Positions 56,407 to 64,000 of a stretch of 64,000 bases of DNA are shown in pieces. The DNA lies in NCBI GenBank assembly GCA_051745145.1, contig JBNJDT010000001.1:25899-89898 (forward strand). The letters are read 5' to 3'. The position numbers were made by a program, and so were the translations under genes. Position 1 is the first letter of the stretch. Every line of letters begins with the position of its first letter. The DNA is from Elusimicrobiota bacterium (lineage in GTDB: Bacteria; CG03; SLGR01; JAGXOG01). The notes under the pieces are model-generated. The model saw only the letters and a list, made by a program, of their open reading frames with translations. It did no database searches and was not told where the DNA came from.

Positions 56407-57846
56407 TTACTTTTTTTCTAAAAGAATGAATAAACCTTTTTTATTCTTTGCCGTAATTTCCCAGTTATTTTCAATTAATTTTTTATAAAGCGGGGAATTA
56501 TAAGTAGGCACTATTTCCTTTATTATACTGTAATCAAATTCTCTTTTATCAGGATTTATTAATAAAACTGCGTCAGTGTTATATTTATCAAGAATTTTTT
56601 TCCAATTATTTTCGGCTGACAAAACTGTTAAATATTCGTGAAATAAATTTAAAGAATAAATCTCAAGTCGACTATCTATAAAAACTTTTTTTCCAGTAAT
56701 AAAATGCACCCAGCCGCCCAGTTCATAATAAGTAAAAACATTGAAATTCTGTTTTGTTTTCAATCTTCTGTTTATTTTAGGAGATAAAGGATATTTACCG
56801 GCAAGTGCATATTTTTTAGAATTATCCCCTACTTTAAAAAATACAATAATAAATAACATTCCCAATATTATAAAATTTATTATCGTTTTTCTGTTTTTTT
56901 TAACCTGATGCATCTTAATTTTAATTTTTTTAAAAACCGGGATTTCAAAATTTATAAATATTAAAAAACTGCTGATTAAAACTAAGTGATAATGCCTTAT
57001 TGCAGAATAGAAAAGTAACATAGATGCCATAAAGAGTAAAGTTTTCGGTAAAGTCTCCTCTTTTTTATATTTCAAATATCTATAAAATATTAACCCTGCC
57101 ATTATGAGTATTGAAAGCCTCATAAAAACCGGCGGCGTAGCCCACTCCCTTAAATATAAATTATGTCTATTCTGTAGAATAAACTGAAAAGGCACCCCAA
57201 GCAGCTTTATTCCATATGGATTAATTAATAGAAGTATTATAGTAAAAAATAATAGGCTAAAATGGGTCCGTAATTTTTTATACTGTTTAATTCTGATATA
57301 TTCAATTGCAAAAATAGCCCAGATAATAATACCCAGTACCCAGCCGCCGTGCAGATTAAACCATCCCCACATTATTATAGGAAAAGCATAATTGAATTTA
57401 TTTTCACTTTGAAAGAGCCAAAAAACAAATATAAAAAGAAAATTAGTTAGGATATAAGGGCGGGTATACCAAAACTGGTTAAAACCTAACAGTATCACTG
57501 CAAATAATATTACACCGTATAATTGATATAAGTTTTTTTTATTTATCAGGGAGAATAATATTATCCAGATCCCCGCCATGACCAAACCCCGAAATAAATA
57601 GAGTCCCTGAAAACCACTAACTTTGTAAATTAGATAAAATAAAGTTGAACCCAGCCATGAATGAGCAATCCATTTTTTTTTGTAATTTGTATAAGTAAAT
57701 GTATCTTCCTTGGGCACTTCACCCTCAGAATATACCTGTTTTCCGATAGATAGATGCCACCAGATGTCAGTTTCATTATTAAATTGTTTGACACTTAAAA
57801 AAGAGATACACACTAAAATAAAGAGTAGCGGGGGTATTTTATTCAT
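56407..57846 (-). CDS. Polytopic GT-C-like membrane glycosyltransferase (PMT/ArnT-like), paralog 2
   Basis: 479 aa. ETDIWWHLSIGKQV...TFTYTNYKKKWIAHSWLGS, the same motif architecture as paralogs 1 and 3. Confidence 0.45.
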   Translation of the reverse strand: MNKIPPLLFILVCISFLSVKQFNNETDIWWHLSIGKQVYSEGEVPKEDTFTYTNYKKKWIAHSWLGSTLFYLIYKVSGFQGLYLFRGLVMAGIWIILFSLINKKNLYQLYGVILFAVILLGFNQFWYTRPYILTNFLFIFVFWLFQSENKFNYAFPIIMWGWFNLHGGWVLGIIIWAIFAIEYIRIKQYKKLRTHFSLLFFTIILLLINPYGIKLLGVPFQFILQNRHNLYLREWATPPVFMRLSILIMAGLIFYRYLKYKKEETLPKTLLFMASMLLFYSAIRHYHLVLISSFLIFINFEIPVFKKIKIKMHQVKKNRKTIINFIILGMLFIIVFFKVGDNSKKYALAGKYPLSPKINRRLKTKQNFNVFTYYELGGWVHFITGKKVFIDSRLEIYSLNLFHEYLTVLSAENNWKKILDKYNTDAVLLINPDKREFDYSIIKEIVPTYNSPLYKKLIENNWEITAKNKKGLFILLEKK

Positions 57847-57862
57847 AAATACAAACGTATTT

Positions 57863-58573
57863 TTATTTTTCCCCTACCACAAGCATTGAATTGCCAAAAT
57901 TAAAATTTAAAATATTATCTACAATTTTAAGTACCGGTAAAAACTTATCAAAGAATATAATCTGAAAAGTAGATATTTTTTGCTTCTTCCTGATTTTACT
58001 GTTTAAAAACCATCCAAAAGCTCCCACTCTGTTAAAATACTGAAAGTGTTTTATCTTAAATCCGGCTTTGTTTACTTTATTAATTAAATCTTTTTTTTCA
58101 TACCTTCTGCAATGCCCCACATTCTCGTCAATGCTTCCAAATAACAGCTCATGGCTGGGTACAATAATTATTATATTGCCTTTCTGTTCCGTTAATTTAT
58201 ACATATTTGCCAGGGCTCGCTCATCCTGTTTAATATGTTCTAAAATATTTACGCAGAGTATAGATTTAAATTGAGTATTTATTTTAGCTAAAATTTGCGG
58301 GTTACTTATATCGCAATTTATTAGTTCAATATCAGGAAAATCAAGTTTCATATATTTTAGATATTTTTCATTAATATCAACTGCAGTAACTTCCCGGTTG
58401 CGATTTAAATACTGTGTTAAATTACCTATGCCGCAACCAATTTCAAGTACATTTGTATTGCTGAGAAATGGTTCAATTTTTTTAAAAAGCCAGTTATTAT
58501 AATTACTGCACAATGCCATTAATCTTAAAGTTATATAACTTATCTTTTCTTTTTTTCCTATTTTTTTATTCAT
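57863..58573 (-). CDS. Class I SAM-dependent methyltransferase
   Basis: 236 aa. Motif I VLEIGCGIGNLTQYL and motif II-like VDINEKY. Confidence 0.7.
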   Translation of the reverse strand: MNKKIGKKEKISYITLRLMALCSNYNNWLFKKIEPFLSNTNVLEIGCGIGNLTQYLNRNREVTAVDINEKYLKYMKLDFPDIELINCDISNPQILAKINTQFKSILCVNILEHIKQDERALANMYKLTEQKGNIIIIVPSHELLFGSIDENVGHCRRYEKKDLINKVNKAGFKIKHFQYFNRVGAFGWFLNSKIRKKQKISTFQIIFFDKFLPVLKIVDNILNFNFGNSMLVVGEK

Positions 58574-58629
58574 TTATTAACCTTATTAAATATTCAATCT
58601 CATTTCTATTTTCAGCAACAAGATTTACC

Positions 58630-59355
58630 CTAACAATTATAGTGTCCTAATAAATTTTTAATTTTTATTTTTATAAGTTCATATCCTATAAAAACAGAAT
58701 CTTTAAACGGTGATAATTTTGTTTCAAAGCTATTTTTCCAGACAATGGGGACCTCTTTAATTTTATAACCTTTTTTTTGCGAAATAAATAAAATTTCCGG
58801 GTCAAAACCAAAACCGCAAACAGTCTGACAGGAAAAAACATCTTTAGCTACTTCCCGTTTAAAAAGTTTAAACCCACACTGAGAATCTCTTATACCGGGT
58901 AATAACATTATTCTAACCAGCAGCCCAAAAAGTTTTCCCATTTTATCCCGGAAAAAATTTTGAGGAACTATTTTTTCCGATCCTGCAAGGCCCCGGGAAC
59001 CTATTGCAATATCATATTCTTTTTGAGTTATCTCCTTCTCTAATTTTTCATATTCTTCTATTGGAGTAGAAAGGTCAGCATCAGAAAATAAGATTAATTT
59101 CCCCCTGGCTTTAAGCATCCCCCACTTAACGGCGGCTCCTTTTCCACGATTCTTGAAAAAAGAATGAATTTTTAACGGTATATTAGTATTAAAATTTTTA
59201 ACTTTATTTACCGTTTGATCTTTTGACCCGTCGTCCACAATTATTATCTCAGTTTTAATACCCCGCCGGTCAATATAATCACTGATTCTATTTAAAGCTT
59301 TTATAATTCGGTTTTCTTCATTATAACACGGGATAACTATTGACAGTTCAGTCAT
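58630..59355 (-). CDS. GT2 family glycosyltransferase, polyprenyl-phosphate sugar synthase type (Dpm1/ArnC/GtrB-like)
   Basis: 241 aa. SIVIPCYNEENRI...IIVDDGSKDQT...SRGLAG, the typical dolichyl/undecaprenyl-phosphate hexose synthase fold. Confidence 0.75.
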   Translation of the reverse strand: MTELSIVIPCYNEENRIIKALNRISDYIDRRGIKTEIIIVDDGSKDQTVNKVKNFNTNIPLKIHSFFKNRGKGAAVKWGMLKARGKLILFSDADLSTPIEEYEKLEKEITQKEYDIAIGSRGLAGSEKIVPQNFFRDKMGKLFGLLVRIMLLPGIRDSQCGFKLFKREVAKDVFSCQTVCGFGFDPEILFISQKKGYKIKEVPIVWKNSFETKLSPFKDSVFIGYELIKIKIKNLLGHYNC

Positions 59356-59372
59356 TTATTTTAACCTCTCCT

Positions 59373-60899
59373 TTAATTCTTCCTCTTAAATAGAATTCCA
59401 GCCCGGCCGGATAATATTTTTTCCCAGTTTTTAGCATCTCGTAAAATTTCTATAATATACTCATTTTTATTTCTATTTAATATAACTGTTTTTACATCAT
59501 ATTTATCAAGGACTTCTTCCCAGCCTGCTTTCCCCTCATAAACTATCCAGTAATCACTCCATATATCTTTTGGAACTATATGCATTCTCGTACCAAAAAA
59601 AGGACTGTAATCGGGCCAGAGCCGCCATATGATATAACTACCCCAGTCACTGTAATTAAAAATATTTCCCGGCAAAGTATGTTTCTCCATATAATCGGCA
59701 ACTTCCACCGGCTGCTGACGGGGATCTATAAAATATTTCATTCTGCTACCGGGTAGTTTTTTTCTGAAGTAAGGAGAAAATATTATTACAGAACCTAACA
59801 TACAAAGCAAAATTATTCCATTAATATAACTATTACCCTTATCTTCTCCGGCTTTTAAAAAATATAATTTACTGTCTGAGGTAAGAGAATCAATAATTGA
59901 TTGGAAATGGCGGGCAAATACAGCGGAAAATATAATCCCCCACCAGATAACCATCCTCAGGTGCAGTAAACTCTGATAAGTAAAAAATAAAAATAAAATT
60001 ATCTCTTCAATTTTTATCTTTGTATTACTTTTCAATACTGTGCCAAACCCGGCGAGCAGGGAAATATAAAAGATAAGCCCGGTTGGGGTATTAATAGTCA
60101 AAGGAAGCCATTCTGCGGACCGATATGACGCCTTATCCATAGTGTTGAAAACACTTTCCCATATCCGTATTCCGTAGGGATTTAAAAGAGTAGCTAAAGA
60201 TACCGCAGCTAACAAAATAAAAAGAGACTGGATTTTTTTATCAAATATAATTTTTGTTAAAGTTTTTTTATTTAAATATATTTTTATGCTTTTTGAAACC
60301 AAAAATATCCCGATTAAGCCAATACCCGCCGGGAAACTATTGTGTAAATTTGCCCATAAAACCATAAGGAGAAAAAATATCCCGACCTGAGATTTTTTGA
60401 TTTTTTGACCGGCATACAAAAATGAAAAATAATAAATGAAAATCGGCAGTACAAACAACTGGGGCCGCAAATTCCAGTTAGTTAACCCGGTAAGTATGTA
60501 CATAAACGAGAACAAAAAGCAGACTTTATAATTAATATTCACACGAAGCAGTAGTTTTATAAATATATATAACGAAAGTAACAGAATGAAAGCATTTAAC
60601 AGGATAAGAATTTCCTTACCCCCGGCAGAGTGAAACACTGCCAGTACAACTTGAGAAAGCCAGCCGTGGTTAATATATTCCATGCCCGATAAAGTATGTG
60701 TGAATATATCTTGAGATAATACAGCCCCGTTTTCAATCATCACTTCCCCCATGCGAATATAATAACCTAAATCCTCCGGGGCTAAATAAGAACTAAAAAC
60801 ACCGATTAGCACAATAAAAAATGGGGTTGTATAGTAAAGTTTTTTAAGAGAGAAAAAAGATAAAAACTTTTCTTTTCTCATAATTACAATATATCCCAA
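59373..60899 (-). CDS. Polytopic GT-C-like membrane glycosyltransferase (PMT/ArnT-like), paralog 3
   Basis: 508 aa. APEDLGYYIRMGEVM...FTHTLSGMEYINHGWLSQ motif set. More than 10 TM helices. Confidence 0.45.
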   Translation of the reverse strand: MGYIVIMRKEKFLSFFSLKKLYYTTPFFIVLIGVFSSYLAPEDLGYYIRMGEVMIENGAVLSQDIFTHTLSGMEYINHGWLSQVVLAVFHSAGGKEILILLNAFILLLSLYIFIKLLLRVNINYKVCFLFSFMYILTGLTNWNLRPQLFVLPIFIYYFSFLYAGQKIKKSQVGIFFLLMVLWANLHNSFPAGIGLIGIFLVSKSIKIYLNKKTLTKIIFDKKIQSLFILLAAVSLATLLNPYGIRIWESVFNTMDKASYRSAEWLPLTINTPTGLIFYISLLAGFGTVLKSNTKIKIEEIILFLFFTYQSLLHLRMVIWWGIIFSAVFARHFQSIIDSLTSDSKLYFLKAGEDKGNSYINGIILLCMLGSVIIFSPYFRKKLPGSRMKYFIDPRQQPVEVADYMEKHTLPGNIFNYSDWGSYIIWRLWPDYSPFFGTRMHIVPKDIWSDYWIVYEGKAGWEEVLDKYDVKTVILNRNKNEYIIEILRDAKNWEKILSGRAGILFKRKN

Positions 60900-61021
60900 G
60901 CAGAAGGTTTTATTTGGACAAAGGCTGGAATACTCAATATTATAATTTTCATTTTGGCGGGAAGTTTATAAATGCAGCTGAATTTTTAAAAATGGTAAAA
61001 ATATAAAATCAGTTAGCTTTT

Positions 61022-61702
61022 TTAGGGGTGTTCATTTGTATCGGTCCAGTAAATAGGCATAAAAGTATCTATGGGCAACATATGTATAGCCATCCTGTTC
61101 ATCCAGGTTGAATTAGCTACGTAGTTTTCAGCGCCTAATTCATTCTCTCCGTCGCCCATCCACTCTTCCTCCCATTCCGGACCGCTGACCCCCATCCATC
61201 CCATACCTTCAGTAAAAAAATCCCAGACCTTATATTTATAAGTCATCCGGCAGTGGGCATAATTAGGTCCTAATGGCGACACATCCATATCAAGCATAGC
61301 AAGCATAGGTTCCATTCTAATCTGTAAATCCACCAGCAGTTGCATTATAGTAAACCCCCCAAAAACCATACCATTCCCCTCACCGGTTTCCACCTCCACT
61401 ATTTCTACCTGTTCGTTATCTATATATTTGCCCAACCACTCTTGAGCTAAATCATTGGCTTTTGACTCCATTGAACTCGCATCCGCATCGTCATCATATA
61501 CCGGTTCCCAGGCTGCCGCCCTGGAAATATTCTCAATCGTCACATCAGTTATAAACCACTGTCCGAACCACCATATTCCCATAAGTACAAGAAAATATAG
61601 AGGTGAGACCATCAATAACTCTAACATAGACTGACCTTTTTGATTTTTTATTATTTTTCTAAAAAAATTCATTAATCCGGCTCCACTAATTTTGCTCTCC
61701 AT
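61022..61702 (-). CDS. TadE/TadF-like pseudopilin
   Basis: 226 aa. The N-terminal KGQSMLELLMVSPLYFLVLMGIWWFG matches the TadE-like motif (G-Q-S-x-V/L-E-F/L then hydrophobic helix). Confidence 0.55.
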   Translation of the reverse strand: MESKISGAGLMNFFRKIIKNQKGQSMLELLMVSPLYFLVLMGIWWFGQWFITDVTIENISRAAAWEPVYDDDADASSMESKANDLAQEWLGKYIDNEQVEIVEVETGEGNGMVFGGFTIMQLLVDLQIRMEPMLAMLDMDVSPLGPNYAHCRMTYKYKVWDFFTEGMGWMGVSGPEWEEEWMGDGENELGAENYVANSTWMNRMAIHMLPIDTFMPIYWTDTNEHP

Positions 61703-62688
61703 CCCCCGCCTTTGGCCGCATCATAGTACGAATATATAGGATCCGAGGTACTGCAGCTGTCATTGGGCGTTGTAGTAGTAAACATGGGCCCGTCGCCTTT
61801 ATCGCCTACTTCGGTATTATATACTACCGCCCTGGACTCTGAAGTTACCCATCCAACATTGTCTTCACCGAATATATTTCCAAAAAATTCCGTATTTTTA
61901 CTAACTTCCCAGGTCTGTGACAAACTGTCTTTAAAAGCCTCTTCATCTTCTATATAAGCCCAACTGTCTAAATTGTCCGGGACAATTTCTTTTCCAATAG
62001 CCGGCCAATACTCGCAGCACTGACAGCTCGGCGGACTGCCGCAGGGCTCGCACATTACCTTGGTGGGATAAATCTTTATATCAAGTTCTTCCCGGGACAA
62101 ATTTAAACCATCCCATTCTGTTGCCTGAATATATACATCTCCGACAGGGAACCTTGACATTATAAAAGGCATAATTCCGCTGAACTGGTCTTCTTCAACT
62201 GATCTTAAAGTTCTCAGGGCAGCCCTCCGGGCCAACGCCTGGCCGTACCCCCTCATGGGGTCATCAGTTTCAGCATCCATTAAACTATCTATCATGGGGG
62301 TTATCGTATCGACGGCATCTTTTATATTTTCAGCTCTGGTATCGTTAGTATCCTTACAGCTGCATCCACAAATCTGACCGTCAAATGGCCATACAAATTT
62401 AGGAGAAAAATAAGAATCCAGTGAAAGTTTGACCGCAAGCTGACCGCTCAAGGCCCCTATTAAATTAAGAACTCTGGCCCGGGCCACTGCCCCGGTTAGA
62501 GCAGCGTTATCCGCTGCATTACCAACCTGAATTCTATTTCTCACTAACATCCCCACGTTTATCATGGTATACCAGAATAATACCAGCGAGAATATAGAAA
62601 AAGCACCGATTATTAACATCTGACCCCGACAATCCCGTTTAAGATCTTTCAGTTTACTTACAAATTTTTCATTTATTTTTCTAAGCAT
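61672..62688 (-). CDS. TadG-like Flp pilus assembly protein
   Basis: 338 aa. N-terminal RGQMLIIGAFSIFSLVLFW...VGMLVRNRIQVGNAADNAALTGAV, the TadE/G-like Tad domain. Cys-rich central region. Confidence 0.55.
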   Translation of the reverse strand: MLRKINEKFVSKLKDLKRDCRGQMLIIGAFSIFSLVLFWYTMINVGMLVRNRIQVGNAADNAALTGAVARARVLNLIGALSGQLAVKLSLDSYFSPKFVWPFDGQICGCSCKDTNDTRAENIKDAVDTITPMIDSLMDAETDDPMRGYGQALARRAALRTLRSVEEDQFSGIMPFIMSRFPVGDVYIQATEWDGLNLSREELDIKIYPTKVMCEPCGSPPSCQCCEYWPAIGKEIVPDNLDSWAYIEDEEAFKDSLSQTWEVSKNTEFFGNIFGEDNVGWVTSESRAVVYNTEVGDKGDGPMFTTTTPNDSCSTSDPIYSYYDAAKGGGWRAKLVEPD

Positions 62689-62707
62689 TTTATTTTTCCC
62701 TCATATT

Positions 62708-63250
62708 TTAATACGGAGTATCGGCATCGTATTCATCACCGCCATCCCATGTCTGGGGCATTTCCGCTATAGCGCTCTGCTGGATGGTTCCTAATGGATT
62801 ATTAAACATTACATCATCCATACCCCCGGTTACCATACTGGGACCTGAAAAAGGCATTGATAATTTATTGGGATGGGGGAAAAACGGTAGTTGTTTCCAT
62901 AAATAGTTCTGGCCCATTTCTACTTCCACCTGGTCGCTGTTATCATCCACCTGTTCAACAGAGCCCATCATGGGCAATATACCTCCCATACCCGGATGCT
63001 TTGCGAACATATTTTTAATATCGCTTCCAAAACCAAATGTATAGCCGTTATAGTCGTCAAGCACCTTCACCTGATTTGCTCTGGCTCCCCGATGCGCTGC
63101 AAGAATGGTAAGCAGCTTCCCGGTAACAAGCAACCCTATCTGCAAAGTCCCAAGAATTAAACTTATCATAAGCATAGTTGAAAATATAGTTTCAACCATT
63201 GCCTGACCGCTGTTTTTCAGTTTTTTAACTTTTTTATCTATCACGGCCAT
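62708..63250 (-). CDS. TadE-like pseudopilin
   Basis: 180 aa. GQAMVETIFSTMLMISLILGTLQIGLLV TadE motif. Confidence 0.6.
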   Translation of the reverse strand: MAVIDKKVKKLKNSGQAMVETIFSTMLMISLILGTLQIGLLVTGKLLTILAAHRGARANQVKVLDDYNGYTFGFGSDIKNMFAKHPGMGGILPMMGSVEQVDDNSDQVEVEMGQNYLWKQLPFFPHPNKLSMPFSGPSMVTGGMDDVMFNNPLGTIQQSAIAEMPQTWDGGDEYDADTPY

Positions 63251-63501
63251 TGTCCTCCATTTGTCATAAACGGCGGTACATACATCATGGGAGTAACGCC
63301 TTTTTTCATATTTTCATAAAAACTCTCGATTGCTGTTTTAAACCCACTGTCTATCCAGACTAAAGAGAGAGCAATAAGTGAGACAACAAGAATATATTCG
63401 GTCATCCCCTGGGCTTCTTCCTCTATGATTAATGCTTTTATAAGTTTAAACATTTCTTTTATCCTCAATATAATATTATAATAAAAGCGTTGTTTTGTCA
63501 A
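63241..63501 (-). CDS. Flp-like pilin variant (longer mature domain)
   Basis: The ORF contains EEAQGMTEYILVVSLIALSLV (Flp G/xxxxEY motif). The probable start is MFKLIKALIIEEEAQGMTEY at about 63453, giving a prepilin of about 70 aa. It overlaps the tadE start. Confidence 0.5.
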   Translation of the reverse strand: MTKQRFYYNIILRIKEMFKLIKALIIEEEAQGMTEYILVVSLIALSLVWIDSGFKTAIESFYENMKKGVTPMMYVPPFMTNGGQWP

Positions 63502-63549
63502 CCCTACAAAAGTACTATTTTTAAATCTTCCCTTATGAAATTTAGAGTC

Positions 63550-64000
63550 TCAACCGCTAATAAAAGAATAGGCCGAATGAAACTCTTCTACAGGCATCAT
63601 CCTATAGGAAGGTCCCCCTTTCTCTGTTTCCGGTTCTTTCCAGTCATGCTCTCCAAAAACCTCTTTATATACGAAATACTTTTTCCCCCCTACATCCTTA
63701 TACCCTATTATAGCTACGCTATGAACGCTAATATCCAAGGGAACTCCGAAGTTTCTGTAAATAATTCCGGCCAGTACTATCCCCCGGGATTCTAAGGCAT
63801 TTATTAAAGTTTTTTCATCGGCCCCCGTATTGGCAGAAAAAAGGACTTCATAATCTTTTATTCCGGAAGGATTTCTATGAATATTGTATTCAAAATCTTT
63901 GATTACAGGATCCCGCAGCTGTCCGGGTTCCCACTCGGACGACAGGACTTTAGCAAATCCTTCTAAAGAGCTATTCATAGGTTCTCCGGTAACATCGTCA
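63550..64000 (-). CDS. C-terminal part of a papain-like (C39-like) peptidase domain protein; N-terminus lies beyond the window edge
   Basis: The open frame runs to the window edge. The C-terminal HSVAIIGYKDVGGKKYFVYKEVFGEHDW resembles the catalytic His region of the Peptidase_C39-like fold. Confidence 0.3.
   Translation of the reverse strand, partial: DDVTGEPMNSSLEGFAKVLSSEWEPGQLRDPVIKDFEYNIHRNPSGIKDYEVLFSANTGADEKTLINALESRGIVLAGIIYRNFGVPLDISVHSVAIIGYKDVGGKKYFVYKEVFGEHDWKEPETEKGGPSYRMMPVEEFHSAYSFISG

Overview
Low-GC (about 30-35%) bacterial chromosomal segment. OmpH/Skp, a PorP-like beta-barrel and a lipoprotein suggest a diderm organism, and the T9SS-type C-terminal domain suggests an FCB-group or candidate lineage. 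The left 20 kb is on the minus strand and holds a conserved dcw cell-wall/division cluster (mraZ-rsmH-ftsL-ftsI-murE-murF-mraY-murD-ftsW), a small RNase P RNA, rnhA, a Zn-ribbon coiled-coil protein, tRNA-Val and tRNA-Met, an orphan response regulator, an AddB/AddA-like helicase-nuclease pair and an MltD-like transglycosylase. The middle is housekeeping and metabolism (mscS, dcd, skp, yihY, aminotransferase, kamA with a PurD-like ATP-grasp and a GNAT, acyl-CoA ligase, PhoH2 with a Cas4-like nuclease, tatD, purC, pckG, Ca/Na antiporter). The right 25 kb is a cell-surface island. It holds a 1766-aa adhesin (SBBP propeller, 13 cadherin-like repeats, T9SS-type C-terminal domain) coupled to a PorP/SprF-like outer-membrane protein and an AAA+ ATPase. 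It also holds an orphan TadV prepilin peptidase operon and three tandem Flp-pilin cassettes, each with its own promoter, upstream inverted repeat and terminator. Four GT-C-like membrane glycosyltransferase paralogs, a GT2 polyprenyl-phosphate sugar synthase, a methyltransferase and a lipoprotein HDAC-family deacetylase flank the pilins. A minor-pilin operon (Flp-like, TadE, TadG, TadE) lies at the right edge. No transposases, integrases or CRISPR arrays were seen.
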